From Gordius albopunctatus (Eukaryota), in NCBI GenBank assembly GCA_964276515.1, contig OZ193909.1, positions 806,001 to 870,000 of the forward strand: a DNA stretch of 64,000 nucleotides, written 5' to 3'. Below the pieces are notes generated by a model. It ran no database searches. It was not told where the DNA came from and worked only from the letters and a program-made list of their open reading frames with translations. Shown piece by piece: positions 1 through 23,599 of this stretch (within the stretch, counting starts at the first letter, position 1; the number at the start of each line of letters is the position of its first letter). The translations under genes and the position numbers were made by a program.

Positions 1-3000
1 TCAGTTGTTGCTTATAATCATCATATAAACATATACTTCTTATAATCCTTAATTCCTTTGATAATATTTCCATTATCTTACAACTTATTTTTCCTTGTGT
101 ATTTAAAAATATCTTTTAGCAACATTTTGCCTAGGGTCGCGAGTCAGAAGCCCAATTGAATTTTACTTTTTGGCCCGAGCCCGGCCCGGCTTGGCTCTAG
201 TCAAGCTTCAAACATAATCTACTCTATACTTCTTATAGAAACAATAGAATTTGCTATGCAAACCAGACACCAAGGCACGACGGATCTTCTGTTGGAAGAG
301 AACTTAAGAATTGCATAGCAATGTGATTAATATTATTAATAAACCAGGGGCTTTGCCGATGCAGGGTGTTTTTGGGACTTACACCTAGCACCGTATAAAC
401 GTAGCACATTTGTTATGCAATTTATGGGCGAGAAAAGGGGGGCGGGAGTCGATAATGTCTTTGAAGGGGGAGGATTTATACCGTGCTAAATGGCCAAACA
501 ATAGGTGAGAACCAATAAAATTTCCAAAGCGGGTATCAATATTAGACAAAAGAAGGCATATCATAATTTTTTGTGAATAGTTAGTACAAAAACAAAAGCA
601 CCAGGCTCGGGGTCGACCTAAGAGCAATAAACAAAAATTTACAGGACTCAAATTTTGCTTAAACAGGAAATTCTGAGGAAGCTGGTACACGTGATTCTGG
701 CACGCGTAAGATTTTCTTTAGATACCGCTTGCCTTAGTTTAGCATTTATATTAGTATTCCTTTCAAATCTACAAAGGAAACTTTGGGGCTACACTTGCCC
801 CTTTTAGACGAGCTTCACCCCTCACTGCTTTATATAAATGATAATTAACAATTTTAAAATGCTAAATACCCATAGATTAGGTAAGTATATTGAGGGTCAG
901 GTATTAATGGTGGGTAGATGCGTTATTTCCATTCATTTCAACTGAGGGGAAAGGGGCAAAAAATATATTTTTGGGTAGCTGCCCATACCAACAATAATTA
1001 ACAAAACAGTCACAGAAAATTTGAAGCTAGAATACCATAAGTATCAAAACCTGCAGACATGAAAATAACAAAGGATTTGGTTTGGGCCCTTGGCTGGGGT
1101 CAGACTCATCAATTAATTTGCAAAGAATTATTTAACTTTTCGCAATTATTCATTATAAAGCATCAGCCTAGAAATATTGTCAAAACAAATTTTTGGTTAA
1201 AAGTAATCAGTTAGGTTCAAAAACAAATATAAAAGTTGGTCTCGGGCGACGTCTAAATATTTAAGCCAACCAGCGGTGATTAGCTAGTCTAAATGCAAAA
1301 GCAAAATAAAAGTTTTTTATAGAAGCATAAGTCACCATCCATTAAAAATTCTAATCTTCAATAGTAATTATTAAAAAATAGACAGGAAGGACGTACAACC
1401 AAAAACAAGCCTATAAATTGCATCATTTTATATTAGTAAATGCCATCGCAATTGCATTGGCTATTCACCAATTATAGAATTAAAAATTGTATATTAAAAA
1501 CTGTCATAAAAAGTCTAGTTTAGCCAAAAAATTAAGGTCACATTTTAAATTTTTACCCCAATCTACCTACTTATTTGCATTATTAACTTTGTAAATCTCT
1601 ACACAAGTTAAATGCCCAGGCCAAATCCGGTTTAATAAATATAATTTTATTACCCTTACACACATATTTTAAAGAAAAAACACAAAGAAGTTAATCATTG
1701 GGAACTTGTGGCTATTTTCTTTAAGATCATTCAATCGGAAAACATTTCATGTTTTAATAGTTTAATTTAAAGCTATTCCATAAAAAAAATGCCATCATCT
1801 GCTGTGTTTTTTATATGGGACGGATGTTTTGCAAGACTAAATTTCTTAAAATGCAAAATATTATATTTACTAGTTTTTCTTAAATATTGTATTGCCCCAT
1901 TTATAAACTCTGATTTGGAATTCTTTAGATTTATCTCAAGGTATCTGGAATAATTCAAAACTTTTTATGCATAATCAGTTAGAACTTTTCAGCACAACTA
2001 TTGAATAAATTGATGATATATGTTATTTATTAAATGAATAATAAAGAAATATAAAATAAAAGTTAAATAAACAAACCAATCATTTTAATTAAGCACTGCT
2101 TTCAAGTTATTTCAAACGATTTAATATTCTTGCTACAAGATGATAGAGTTAAGATTATATTTATAAGTATATACTAGGTTAATCGAGAAGTAAGCTATTG
2201 ATCAATAAACGTTATCTTAGCCAAGAATGCACATTTTTTCCAATTATAGAGGGGGGGGGTGACTGAATGTTTGTCATTGATTTAGGCAGGGACTTTAAAA
2301 TCATAATTTTGAATCACAATACAAGTTTTGGGTTAGAGAGCTTTATACCATGCGTCACATAGCCTTCTTGTATTAATTTCATGTCTAAGGTTGCTTAAAC
2401 ATACTGAGCTTAGATTATAAGTATTTATATCTGTCTAGTTATTGGGAGTTTTCACTGTTTTGTCAACAGCTGTTTTATAACCGTCTACATCCCTAACTCT
2501 TTGACTCCCAAAATTTAAATTTCTGAAAGTAAAAACACGATTTATGTATATTTATTATTAGCTACAAAATTATATTTATAATATTTTTAAGTTCATTTAT
2601 TGTTAAAGACTAATATTATGAACCTTTATAAATACATTTAAGCTCAATTCATTTATGATTTAAATAAAGTTTTGCTCTGTAAAAATTACTTCCAAGGTCT
2701 ATAATTTAATGCTGTATCATACAAAATAGCATTAGACCATTTAAAATTTAGAGCTTTGGTTTAAAATTTAAGCATCTAAATAGTGTAAAGTGAATGTAAT
2801 TATTTATCAAATCTTTATTAAAGAATTATTTTGGGCAATGTTATAGAGCTATAAAGAAATAGTAATATTTAATTTTATGCCATTCAAGCATATCATTAAA
2901 TATAATCATGGGTGTAGTCAAGGGGGAGGGGGAAGGCAGGGGGCAGCTGCCTCCCTCTAAATACAAAAATTTGTTGAAATATATCAAAATTATTATGGTT

Positions 3001-4768
3001 AAAATTTAAAAAAATGATCATTTTGCCTCTATAATTCCAACTCTGGCTATGCCTATGGATATAATAATTTTAATTTATTTTTATCATTCTCTACCTGTTC
3101 CTGAAATAGATAAGTTGTGTTTAATATAAAAAATTAATAATCTATAATTTAGGCACATGAAAACCTAAATTTTTATCTTATTTTATATAAATAAATTGAA
3201 TATCAATACTTTATTCTATTATTATAACCTTTAATTAGGAATAATAATTAACATTATATACTCAAGTGTTCAAATTTATATTCATTTTCAACAAGGCGTC
3301 ACTCCTTTTAGGTGCTTTACATTGAGACAACTATTACTGTCACCCTTTCTTCCCTTCCTGATTAATTGCTCTCACTTTGTTTCCCTTTGAATAATGCCTA
3401 AAATGGCAAATTTTAAAAAGACATCATATACAATATCTTTTTTGATAAAATTTTGCTCCAGGCAATTTTGCAATTATTTATCTCTACTTTTTAATTGATG
3501 TAATGGAGAGGCATTTTCTGAACTTTTTTGACTCTAGTAACATCTAATACTTAAATTATTTAAAAAAATAAAATTTTAGGTTCATTGCATATTTTCTATA
3601 TTAGAAATGCAAGAAGTAAGTGTACCATCAAGATTATCTACTTAATTTTAGTTCCATTTGATATTATTCTTACTTACGGCCTATTATTTTTTTTAATTAA
3701 TATAGTTAGGTTTTAGGACCTCTACAACTTGAATTATAGAAGAGTATTAGTAAATTTACTTGAATGTTTAAAAATCACGGGCATATCCAAAAGCTCTAAA
3801 TCCAAATTTTTTTTGAAATTAAAATTATGGCTAAAATTTCAATAAATGACCATTCTCCATCTACCCAAATCATTATTGCTCCCCCCTCAAATTCCAATGC
3901 TGGCCACACCAATGTTAAAAATATAAATTAAATCTAACAATTATTTATGCAGAATCATAAATCTTGGTCTAATTGTAAGCTAAGGCTGAACACATGCTAT
4001 TTAACCTTTTCAAGCTTTGATCACATTAATACACTTTCCCTTCGTTTAATAATATCACATGGAAAAGCAGGAATTATCTTCATCTGAGAGCAAGCTAACT
4101 GTAATGGATTAAGACAACAATTTTTGACTTTTAACATATATCTATCTATTAAACTTTAAACTGATTTCCCTACCATCTCTTACACAAATTATATTTTAAA
4201 GTTCAACCAAACATATTATTTTTGTTTCAAAAAGCCTAATAAAAGTTTTTTTTTTAATATTAATTTATATATGTGATATTTTATATTATTTGTGTACTTC
4301 AATTTGATTTAAGTTGTTTTTTAAGTTTGAAATCTTGGCAATTTATTATCCCAAATTGGTAAAAAAAATTTAGTCAATCAATAATCATGATTTTTATCTG
4401 TGATTAATAAGGTCAAGGCTTATCAGAATTGAAAATAAATAAGACTGACTACCATTTGTTTTTTTGTGAAGAGTGCTGGAGAAAATAATTCTATTTATTT
4501 CAACTATATAAAAAGCATTAAAAATAAGTAATTATATTTGAAGTATGGGTGGGTAAAAATTTTAGAATCAACATTTTGAAAATTAGAATAAGCACCTCAT
4601 TCATGTTCGAAGGGTTAAATGGGGGCTAAAGTAGATTTTTCGATAACCACAAACAGCTTTTCTATTGCACATTGCACCGTTTTCTGCGACAAAAATCAAT
4701 ATTAAGCGCTTAGAGGTGAAGGCTCAGTGTTTTCACGTCAATCAAATGGCACCGATTGAATCGGCGTA

Positions 4769-5703
4769 GCGGAGACCGGGGCTAGTCGTAGCCCGGGGTT
4801 ACTATTATCTTTCTAATTATTTTTTAAAATAATAATGATATATAATTAAAATTTAAACCATATGTGCATTTTTCCATAAGGTATAAGTAAAAAATTTTTT
4901 GTTTAGAAAAAATGAAATTTAAAATTTTTATTGAGAAAAAACGATTTTTCGGGGCTATTAGTAGCCTTGACAAAAAAAATTTATTTTGCACATAAAATTT
5001 TTTTGGCTGAATATTTTGGAATAATTTAACCTTTATCTTATAAAGGGAGATTTTATATATAAAAACCGTCTAATGATTAAATTTACACATGCAATATAAC
5101 ATCTTAAATTATTAATTGTTTATGAAAATAGGGGTCGGGCTAGTTGGAAATGGGCTATTGCTAGCCATTTTTGATTGTGTTTTACAAATGACAAGATTTA
5201 AAAAAACAAAAAATTTTGTTTAATAATCTAACTTAGTGTTATTTGGAATAGAAATAGAGTATGATTATACATTATAAAACGCCTAAAAATTATTTTCCAA
5301 TGGCTAAATCCGTCTTTTAAGTGTTCCGAAGTCAGATTGTCATCTTGACCCATTTTTATTTATTTTATATAAAATACAATCATATTACAATTTGCATTTT
5401 CTACATTTTTGTATAATGCAACAATATTTTTATTGATTTGAATTAGCATACACTAATAAGAAGGGAAAACGTCAGAGTTAATCTATGGGCTATCACTAGC
5501 CCCGGGCATTTTTGAAATTTTTTGGATATTTGTTTTTTTAAACTTAATTTGTGATAAAACTATTACTTATTTCCCTCCAAATTTTTTCCCTATAGTAAGA
5601 ATTGACCTTAAAATATATTTAAACAAAAAAATTGGAAAAATAATTTTTAGTTTTTTTAGAACGCGATTCAATTTTTTATGGCTAAAGTAGCCCCGGTCTC
5701 CCC
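4769..5703. mobile_element. Non-autonomous TIR DNA transposon with TA target duplication (Tc1/pogo-like)
   Basis: TIRs GCGGAGACCGGGGCTA...TAGCCCCGGTCTCCCC flanked by TA at 4767-68 and 5704-05. A near-identical inverted copy lies at ~50317-51219. Confidence 0.85.
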
Positions 5704-6037
5704 TACATGCAATTAAATCCGATATATATATATTAAAATAAAGCAACAACGTCTATTAAATTTGAAAGTTATTTCTTTCAAAAAGTTATATTAAATTTTT
5801 TCCACCCAAATATGTAGATAAAAGTTTTATATCTCTCGCTTAAAGATTCATATCGATATAAAATGCGATTTTACCCAATTCTAATTGTTTTTGACTCCCC
5901 TAAATAATTAACGCTTTTTTAATCAGCCCTCTACTCTACCCCTGGTTAGACTCATTCCCTACATATATATATCTCGATGAATGTAATTTAAATTACGAAT
6001 TTTTCGTTAGAACTGAACATTTCAAGATGGCCGCGTT

Positions 6038-16193
<10,156 letters not shown>

Positions 16194-16983
16194 TCAACGA
16201 ACACGTACTTAAATTTCAATTTATGTGAACAATCCGCTCCGCACGAATTGTTTACCATCGATAAAAGATGATGTTTGTGTTACTCGGTTTCTAAACAATT
16301 AGCTAAATTATATCATTACAATCCGCAAAATTATTATTATTATTATCATCATACATCTTTACGCCTTTTCGTTTTTTATTCGATGCACATCACTAACATT
16401 ATATCGTGCCACAGTTTTGTATATCTATAAACGTCAAAACTTATTGATTATTCATTTTGCTACCTTCAATCAAGTCTACCCTCCTGGGCGTTGCCAGAGG
16501 TAGGCGGAAAGGGGCGGCTACCCCATCCCCTCAAAATTCAGAAATCCATCCGTTCAAATTTTATAGCCACCCCTCGCCCCGTCCCTTTGATTTGGAACCT
16601 GGCTACCTTTCTGCTTACTCTTACATTAGATCATTAAAATGCGTATCCTGATATATAATAGGAAGCTGTAGTAGGCTAATGAGAATATTTATTTTTCACG
16701 TATGTAAAGGAGGTTTATGGATTAGAAATGATACAAAACACTATGTCACAAGAATATACAGTAATAATATCATTGAGATGTGGTGGTTGGAGTATTTTAT
16801 GTGTATGCCATTTGTGCCTTTGTTTAATACAAAAAACGTCGAGACTACTACACCCAATCTAAAGTGTGTATTATAAGTTGAGGGGGAAAGGATAAGAAGA
16901 ACGGAGATAACTTAGGTATTAGGTAGTAACGACAATAATAAAAATTAAGCTTTTATGATACGAATAATGGGGGATGATGTCTT

Positions 16984-19900
16984 TTAAAAATCAAGTCCAG
17001 TCGGCTGTTCAATTCTATCAAATCTAGCTTCTCGTATCATGCGTTTTGCCCAACGATTGTAATAGGAATCTGGTAGAACGAGGACGCTCGAATCGACACT
17101 AGCTTCCCCCACGGCTCCGACATCTTTTTCTCCCTGCGCTATTTGTGTGTATTTATAAGTAGTTAGTATTGTAAAAACAGCTGTGTTTTTTGGGCAGACG
17201 TTTAAATTCCACCAAGCCTACTGGTCGACTAAGAAAAATAGACCAAAAAATCGTTGGTCTCTATATGTTTAGTCGACTAAAAGCAAAGGTCGACATATAA
17301 TTACACAGTTCTACAAATATTGACTATTCCCTCGCGGAACCATACCAATGATCTTGATATAGAATTTTGCGCTGAATAATCTATTTTTAGTGTTTTTCCG
17401 AAACTTATAGTTTTTTAGATAGAGGAGGTTGAAGGTGTAAAAAATGCTCATATTGCCACGGCATTTTTAACGTTTACTGAAAAATATAAATTTATTCCTG
17501 TAAATTAAAGTTTCATCTATAGGTCTATTATTTAAGTTTTTATTTATTCGCGTTTAAGTGAACATCTTCCCCTTATCAAAATTCGTCCCATTATGTCTGT
17601 AAAATGGAGTACATACTAGACACGCGATGTTTACTAACACATCTCTCCCTCCCTTTCTACTTCTCTTCCACACCCGCCCCCATATCTACCCCCAAAAGAG
17701 AGGTGGAGGGAGGGAGAGAGATGCGTTAGTACACATCGCGTACGCATTATGTACTCTAATGTATTGCATTTTTCAACCAGCGTGGGACGAATTTCAATAA
17801 GGGGAAGGGGTAATGGTGGGAAAACGCTTAGCACTAGCGCGCTTAGCACCTCCCCGCTGATGGGAATAGCCTATTAAATACGCTATGTCTACTAGCACAT
17901 AGTCACTTTAAGTGCTATAAGCTATAGGAGATGGGAGGTTTGAGGTGCTAGAGCTATGGGAGATGGGAGGTTTGAGGTGCTATGAGCTATAGGAGATGGG
18001 AGGTTTGAGGCGCTATCTGCTATAGGAGATGGGAGTTTGAGGTGCTATGTGCTATAGGAGATGGGAGTTTGAGGTGCTATAGGAGATGGGAGGTTTGAGG
18101 TGCTATGTGCTATAGGAGATGGGAGTTTGAGGTGCTATGTGCTATAGCCGATTGCACTTAAATGCGCTACTCCTATAGCACCGGCACTAACACTGGGAAT
18201 AATTTCAATGAAAACAATAGAGTATAATATGAACTTGTGTGTAATCTAATAAACAATTTTCCATTAAAAATATATTGTTCGAAAAAACAAAATTAAAAAA
18301 GGGTGTTATTTAACTGCTAAGTAAATAATTACAGACTGTCTGAGTCTGAGTACGCAAACGCATAAAAGTTCACTCAATAGTATTGTTTTCCTTTTAATTG
18401 AAACATATTAACTTAAGGAAAGGGGGAGTTTAATTTTTTTATTCTCAAAAACATGGGCGTAGGGCATAACTAGGTTTTGAATTAAGGGGGGGGGGGGGCA
18501 AACGGTTAAAATAAAAGTTGAATTAGGGAGGGGCTAAATAAAAAAAAATTATTAATTTGTAAGGGTTTTTTACATTGGAAAAATTTTTTTTCCGTCATTC
18601 AGAGGGGGACGGGGCGACTTATTGATAAAATAAATGTAGAAGCAATGCAAAATAAAATTAAAGTCATACATTTAATTAAATTTATATTAAAATAAGTCGT
18701 AGTTAGATGGTAAGATAGGGCAAAAAAATTATATTCAGGTGTATTTTAATATTTAATAAAATCAAAATAAACAATTTAAAAAATTATTCCCAGTGTTAGC
18801 GCCGGTGCTATAGGAGTAGCGCATTTAAGTGCAATCGGCTATAGCTTATAGCACCTCAAACTCCCATCTCCTATAGCACATAGCACCTCAAACCTCCCAT
18901 CTCCTATAGCACATAGCACCTCAAACTCCCATCTCCTATAGCACATAGCACCTCAAACTCCAATCTCCTATAGCACATAGCACCTCAAACTCCCATCTCC
19001 TATAGCTTATAGCACCTCATACCTCCCATCTCCTATAGCACATAGCACCTCAAACTCCCATCTCCTATAGCTTATAGCACCTCAAACCTCCCATCTCCTA
19101 TAGCTTATAGCACCTCAAACCTCCCATCTCCTATAGCTTATAGCACTTAAAGTGACTATGTGCTATAGCTTTAGCTCCTTAAAAACGCTATTTCCCCATC
19201 ACTAGGAAGGGGTTCAGGCAAACTCCAATAAATTTAAATATAGAGGTGAAACAAATAAATTTAAATGATGGACCTTGTGGTGTTCCCTCCTCTCTCTTAC
19301 TCCTATATTTTTTGATTAACGTTTTTTTATTGCCCTTTGACTCATCATAAGTTTGATTAACGTTTGTTATTGCCCCTCTTAATCATGTTTGTGCTGAATA
19401 ACGATTTTTATCGTTTTAAGAGATATAAATAGTAAAAACGATATTATTGCTTTTTCCAACTGATAAAAAACTAAAAGTTAAAAATAAATTAATAAAAATA
19501 ATAATCATCTACGAGCCATGGCCATATCTTATTTTTTAATTCGAGAAGAACGCAATTATATAGAAAACCAAAAAATGATAATTTTTTATGCTCGAGAAGA
19601 AGCTAATTATATAAAAAACCCAAATTATAATTATATTATTATTTTTAGAATAAAGCATACTTCATCTATACGAAAACCCTTGGCCATCAAAGACCTATAG
19701 ATGAAACTTTAATCTACAAGAACAAATAAATATTTTTTAGTATAAATTTGAAATGCCGTGGCAATATAGCCTCAAAAGTGATTAAAATGGGCATTTTTCG
19801 CACCTTTAACCTCATTTATCTAAAAAACTAGAAGTTTTCGAAAAAGAATAAAAGCAGAATATTGTTCAGCGCAAAATTCTCTATCAGAATGATTGCAGGA

Positions 19901-21491
19901 TGGTTTTTTTGTAGACCTGTGTTATTATTAATATTTATTATTTATTTGTACATTCGGATTTGTTTATCAGTTGTTTACCTTGTCGAAATTTGTCCATGAT
20001 GCATCGCAGCTTGTTGCTGCGACACTTTTTAACGAACCCTGGAATGAGTGATCCACCCAGACTATCTATTTGTCGCTTGCTCCTTAGCCCACTCCCTCGG
20101 CCTCGTATGACGTCATTGTCACGTGACTCTGGCTGCCCACCTGATTCACCACCTATCACAACGTGATCGGTGTATTAAATAGTTTTGCATTTAATTCGAA
20201 AAAGAACACACACAAATTTCAGTTTCGCCATAGCGAAATCCAAGCGTTTTTAACAACGTTCAAATTTGTAATGCCAAGAGCATTAGCGAATAGATGTCCC
20301 CTATGACTAATGTCACCCACGACTAATGTATTCCCTTTCCTTAATTAAGTTTTTGCTAGGTGGGTGATAAAATAAATAAGGAAGAGATACAAAAGAGGAA
20401 GGGGAATGTTTCATTAAAAATTAATGCGCTTTCCTTTAATATAAAAACGATGTTATCTTTGCTCTTGGCCTCTTAGTATCAATTATGAAAGAGGTGCTAA
20501 AATTTATGGTCTTACTTAGTTAACAAGACCGCGCAAAAATAATTTGTTATGAATATGTATTTTTTGTAAATTAATGAGATTTAATTAGTTTTAACTAAGC
20601 GAATCCAACAAATTTTATGCATTTATAATTTTAAAATTGTAAATACAGTCAAAACCGTTTAATTGCAAAGCCTTGGGCCTGAATAAAAATGCGCGATTAA
20701 CCGATATTTCGCGATTAAACGATGGAAAAAGAGAAAATATTAAATATATAAAGACATACGCTTCGCAATAAAACAATATTTTATATAATTGTATGGTTGA
20801 TTTAAGGACTCGAAAATGTTTGTGAATATCCGATATTGTACTATTTAGCGATTTGTTAATAAACGATGTTTTTGTTAATATTATCGTTTGCAAAAAAAAC
20901 AAAATGGCGCTTAACTTCGCGATTAAGAGATTTTCGCGATAATCCGATTTGCGATTAAGAAGTTTCGACTGTATTTTATTTTGACTTTTGTTTAATTAAC
21001 TATTAATATGGCGTGTCAATTTATGACTTTTATCTTTTAATCGAATATAGCGTGACAAGGACGAGATAATACGTGTTTTTTTTTATCGATTTCCTAATTT
21101 ATATGGGATATCAATTATCTTCAATTCTATTAATATATCAAAGAGCAGGGTCGTAGCCAGGGGGGGGGACAGGAAGGGGCGGCTGCCCCCTCTAAATCCA
21201 AAAATTTGTTAAATTTTATTAAAATTATGGCCGAAATTTCATAAAATTATCATTTTGCCCCTACTTAAATTATAATTGCCCCCCCCCTCTAATCCCAATG
21301 CTAATTTGGAAGGAAAAAATTAAATTGGTAAAACTTTAGTAAAACGTATTTAAAAAGTTTTATTTATGTTTTTAAATTTAAAAAAAATTAAATATATACT
21401 TACTAATTGAATTTGCTTGTGGTTTCGTAAAAGCCAGATGTATAGAAATAAGAGTAACTAATAGAATGATAATTCCTTGTGTGCTATCCAT
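16984..21491 (-). CDS. Secreted neuropeptide precursor, orcokinin/pedal-peptide-like, 138 aa, 3 coding exons
   Basis: Exons 21491-21404, 20152-19979 and 17138-16984, all phase 1, with GT-AG ends. Protein: MDSTQGIIILLVTLISIHLAFTKPQANSISGESGGQPESRDNDVIRGRGSGLRSKRQIDSLGGSLIPGFVKKCRSNKLRCIMDKFRQAQGEKDVGAVGEASVDSSVLVLPDSYYNRWAKRMIREARFDRIEQPTGLDF*. It has a signal peptide and dibasic cleavage sites. An acceptor (TTTCAG) 7 nt before the ATG implies an upstream non-coding exon or trans-splicing. Confidence 0.8.
17853..18197. repeat. Minisatellite-filled MITE, copy A (29-30 bp unit GCTATAGGAGATGGGAG(G)TTTGAGGTGCTATRW)
   Basis: The tandem units are directly visible. Termini are CCCGCTGATGGGAATAGC...TAACACTGGG. 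Confidence 0.85.
18789..19206. repeat. Minisatellite-filled MITE, copy B, inverted relative to copy A
   Basis: CCCAGTGTTAGCGCCGGTGCTATAGG...GCTATTTCCCCATCACTAGG. Same unit as copy A on the opposite strand, with more units. Confidence 0.85.
20646..20971. mobile_element. Tc1/mariner-type MITE
   Basis: TA|CAGTCAAAAC...GTTTCGACTG|TA, with internal TCGCGATTAA repeats. Confidence 0.75.
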
Positions 21492-23351
21492 GTCAAACCT
21501 GAAATTGAAATAAAAAATATGAAAATTTTGAAAACATTTTTTTTACTTTAACGTAAAACTTCAATGTGTTTTTTGGTGTAATTAAAAGATGGAAGGGTGG
21601 AATACTGATAATATCAAATAAAAAAGGAAGATATCAATCTCAATTAAAGTCACGATTCTTCGTTAAATTTGTTTATTTATTACGAAATTAATAGAAGATA
21701 TAAATAAAACATAAAGTAAATGTTCTATTATACCTAAAGCAAAGATTCAGATAAATGTTGTTTTTTTATAAATAATTAATGCCAAATATCATTTTATTAT
21801 CAATATGCTAAAAAACGGAGCAGCTCGGCTTGCACAAGTGCCCAGAATTATGGCTTCTATTTTAATTAATGCGCCCTATTATATGATACACTCTTAGCTT
21901 ATGAGTGCGAAAATAATTTGTCTCAATGAAATTAGATTTTCATCAATTACATTAGCACACACATATTTACTTATTGGCATAGATATTAATAGGGACCCCT
22001 TAAAAAATAATTTCCAATATATAATTATTGGAAAAAACGAAATAAATAGAAATATTAATAATTTTAATTATTAATTTGTTAAAAATATTTTTCAATTTTT
22101 TGGACAATATTTATATAAATATCTATATGAAATCGGTAATCAAATAAGTTCGCAACATTTACTGAACTAATAATACAATTAAAGAATATTTTAAATTAAC
22201 ATTTAGTGACATTAATATTATATCCGGATTTTATATTTAAACTATTTATAATTAAAAAATAACTTTATAGTAATTTTTATATCGAATTTAGTTTTATTTT
22301 AAATTTTTATTAATTTGAATTGTATTTGGATTAGAAAACTAAGACAAAAATGTCATTTTTGCACTATAACTAACCTAGACTTCTATATATTTATTCTCCA
22401 ATTGTATCTAAAAAATCTACTTAACGTTCCACACTGGTCAGTTTTTTAAATATCTACTAAGCCTAAAACCCGGACATTTTTACAATACTATTATACTAAA
22501 CAGACAAGACAATTTAATAAAAAAAAATGAATATATATTTTAAATTGTAATAATAATACTTTATTATGGAATATGAAGCGTATGAGAAATAATATATTTG
22601 AGAGCGATTTTTTATAAGATAAAAATGAAATTTGGGTCATAGAGTCCTCTATCCTTCCTTAGTATACTCACACCTTAGCTCTACCCCTTCTTAATATTGC
22701 CCTTAATGTCTCTCTCTGTGTAATTGAATAAACAAACACTATTTCACCTATTAAAAGCAAAATTTTAATTATTATTATTAACATAAAAAGTTTATTGAAA
22801 ATAATTAAAAAATATTTGATCTTGTATTTTTTTTCTGCATTTTTTACTCTGAAAATCTTGTGAGTAAGCTAGTAGCTTAGAAATGTCGTTCGGGGTTTAT
22901 TGATTTTCCCTTAGTGCCAAAGTAAGGAATAACAAAGGATTTAAAAAATTAAATTAAATTGTAATTAAAATTGCTCAAATATTTGCCAAGCGCAATCGAG
23001 TTTATTTTATTTATTCGCAGCTCTATGTCAGGCTATTAATAAATCCGTGAGAAATTTTGAATTTGAACAAATATTATCAATTCCAAATATTTGAGTGGGT
23101 GCTTTTAATTCAATTAATGTTACCCTGGGTAAAGAAATTAATTGACATTTCTTGTAATATGCAGCCCAATAATGAAATATATAAAACGAATTCTATATTA
23201 AATGAATTTTGTTATAAATTTTGTTTATTCGATAATATAAAAGCGGGTATGAAATCAAAATAAATGAATCCTAATCCGAAAGCGTCGCATGTATCATCCG
23301 TCTAAAGCGGCCAGTTGTCGGAGTAGGGATTTAAAAGTATAATTTGTCACT

Positions 23352-23599
23352 TCTGTGCAAAATGTAATATGTGCAAAATGTAATATAGGCAAGGGTTAGG
23401 GTTAGATTTAGTGATTTATTTGATAATATGTATTTATTTATAAAATAGTATTATACATTTTGATATAACTTATTTTGTTTCAATTAACAATTATACTATT
23501 CTTTTATTACGTAGTTTTTTAGTACATATTACATGCGGATGAATATGCGTGAAAACCGGTCTCAATTTCTAAAATACGATTATTACATTTTGCACCAGA
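23352..23599. mobile_element. MITE with TGCAAAATGTAATA inverted ends
   Basis: TCTGTGCAAAATGTAATA at the left end and TATTACATTTTGCACCAGA at the right end. Confidence 0.55.

Larger units (their letters stand above)
17304..19921. mobile_element. Non-autonomous DNA transposon with ~220-bp TIRs (Tc1/mariner-like ends), containing nested MITEs
   Basis: The left arm TA|CACAGTTCTACA...TTTCATCTATAGGTCT (17304-17526) mirrors AGACCTATAGATGAAA...TGTAGACCTGTG (19691-19921). A related end occurs at ~34095-34400. Confidence 0.7.

Noticed and set aside
1030..3110. Candidate minus-strand microexons (CTGCAG-GTTTTGATACTTATG-GT near 1040; TTTCAG-GAACAG-GT near 3095)
   Set aside because: They could not be assembled into a coherent reading frame, and such sites arise by chance.
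17913..19165. Regular ~30-bp repeats resembling a CRISPR array
   Set aside because: The units are contiguous with no unique spacers, there are no cas genes, and the context is eukaryotic. It is a minisatellite inside a MITE.
20108..20127. Adjacent CRE (TGACGTCA) and E-box/CLEAR (GTCACGTGAC) motifs as an enhancer
   Set aside because: They lie within coding exon 2 of the neuropeptide precursor (ESRDNDVI) and are explained by its codons. A dual role is unsupported.
23392..23406. GGGTTAGGGTTAG telomere-like repeat
   Set aside because: Only two units, and internal to a MITE.
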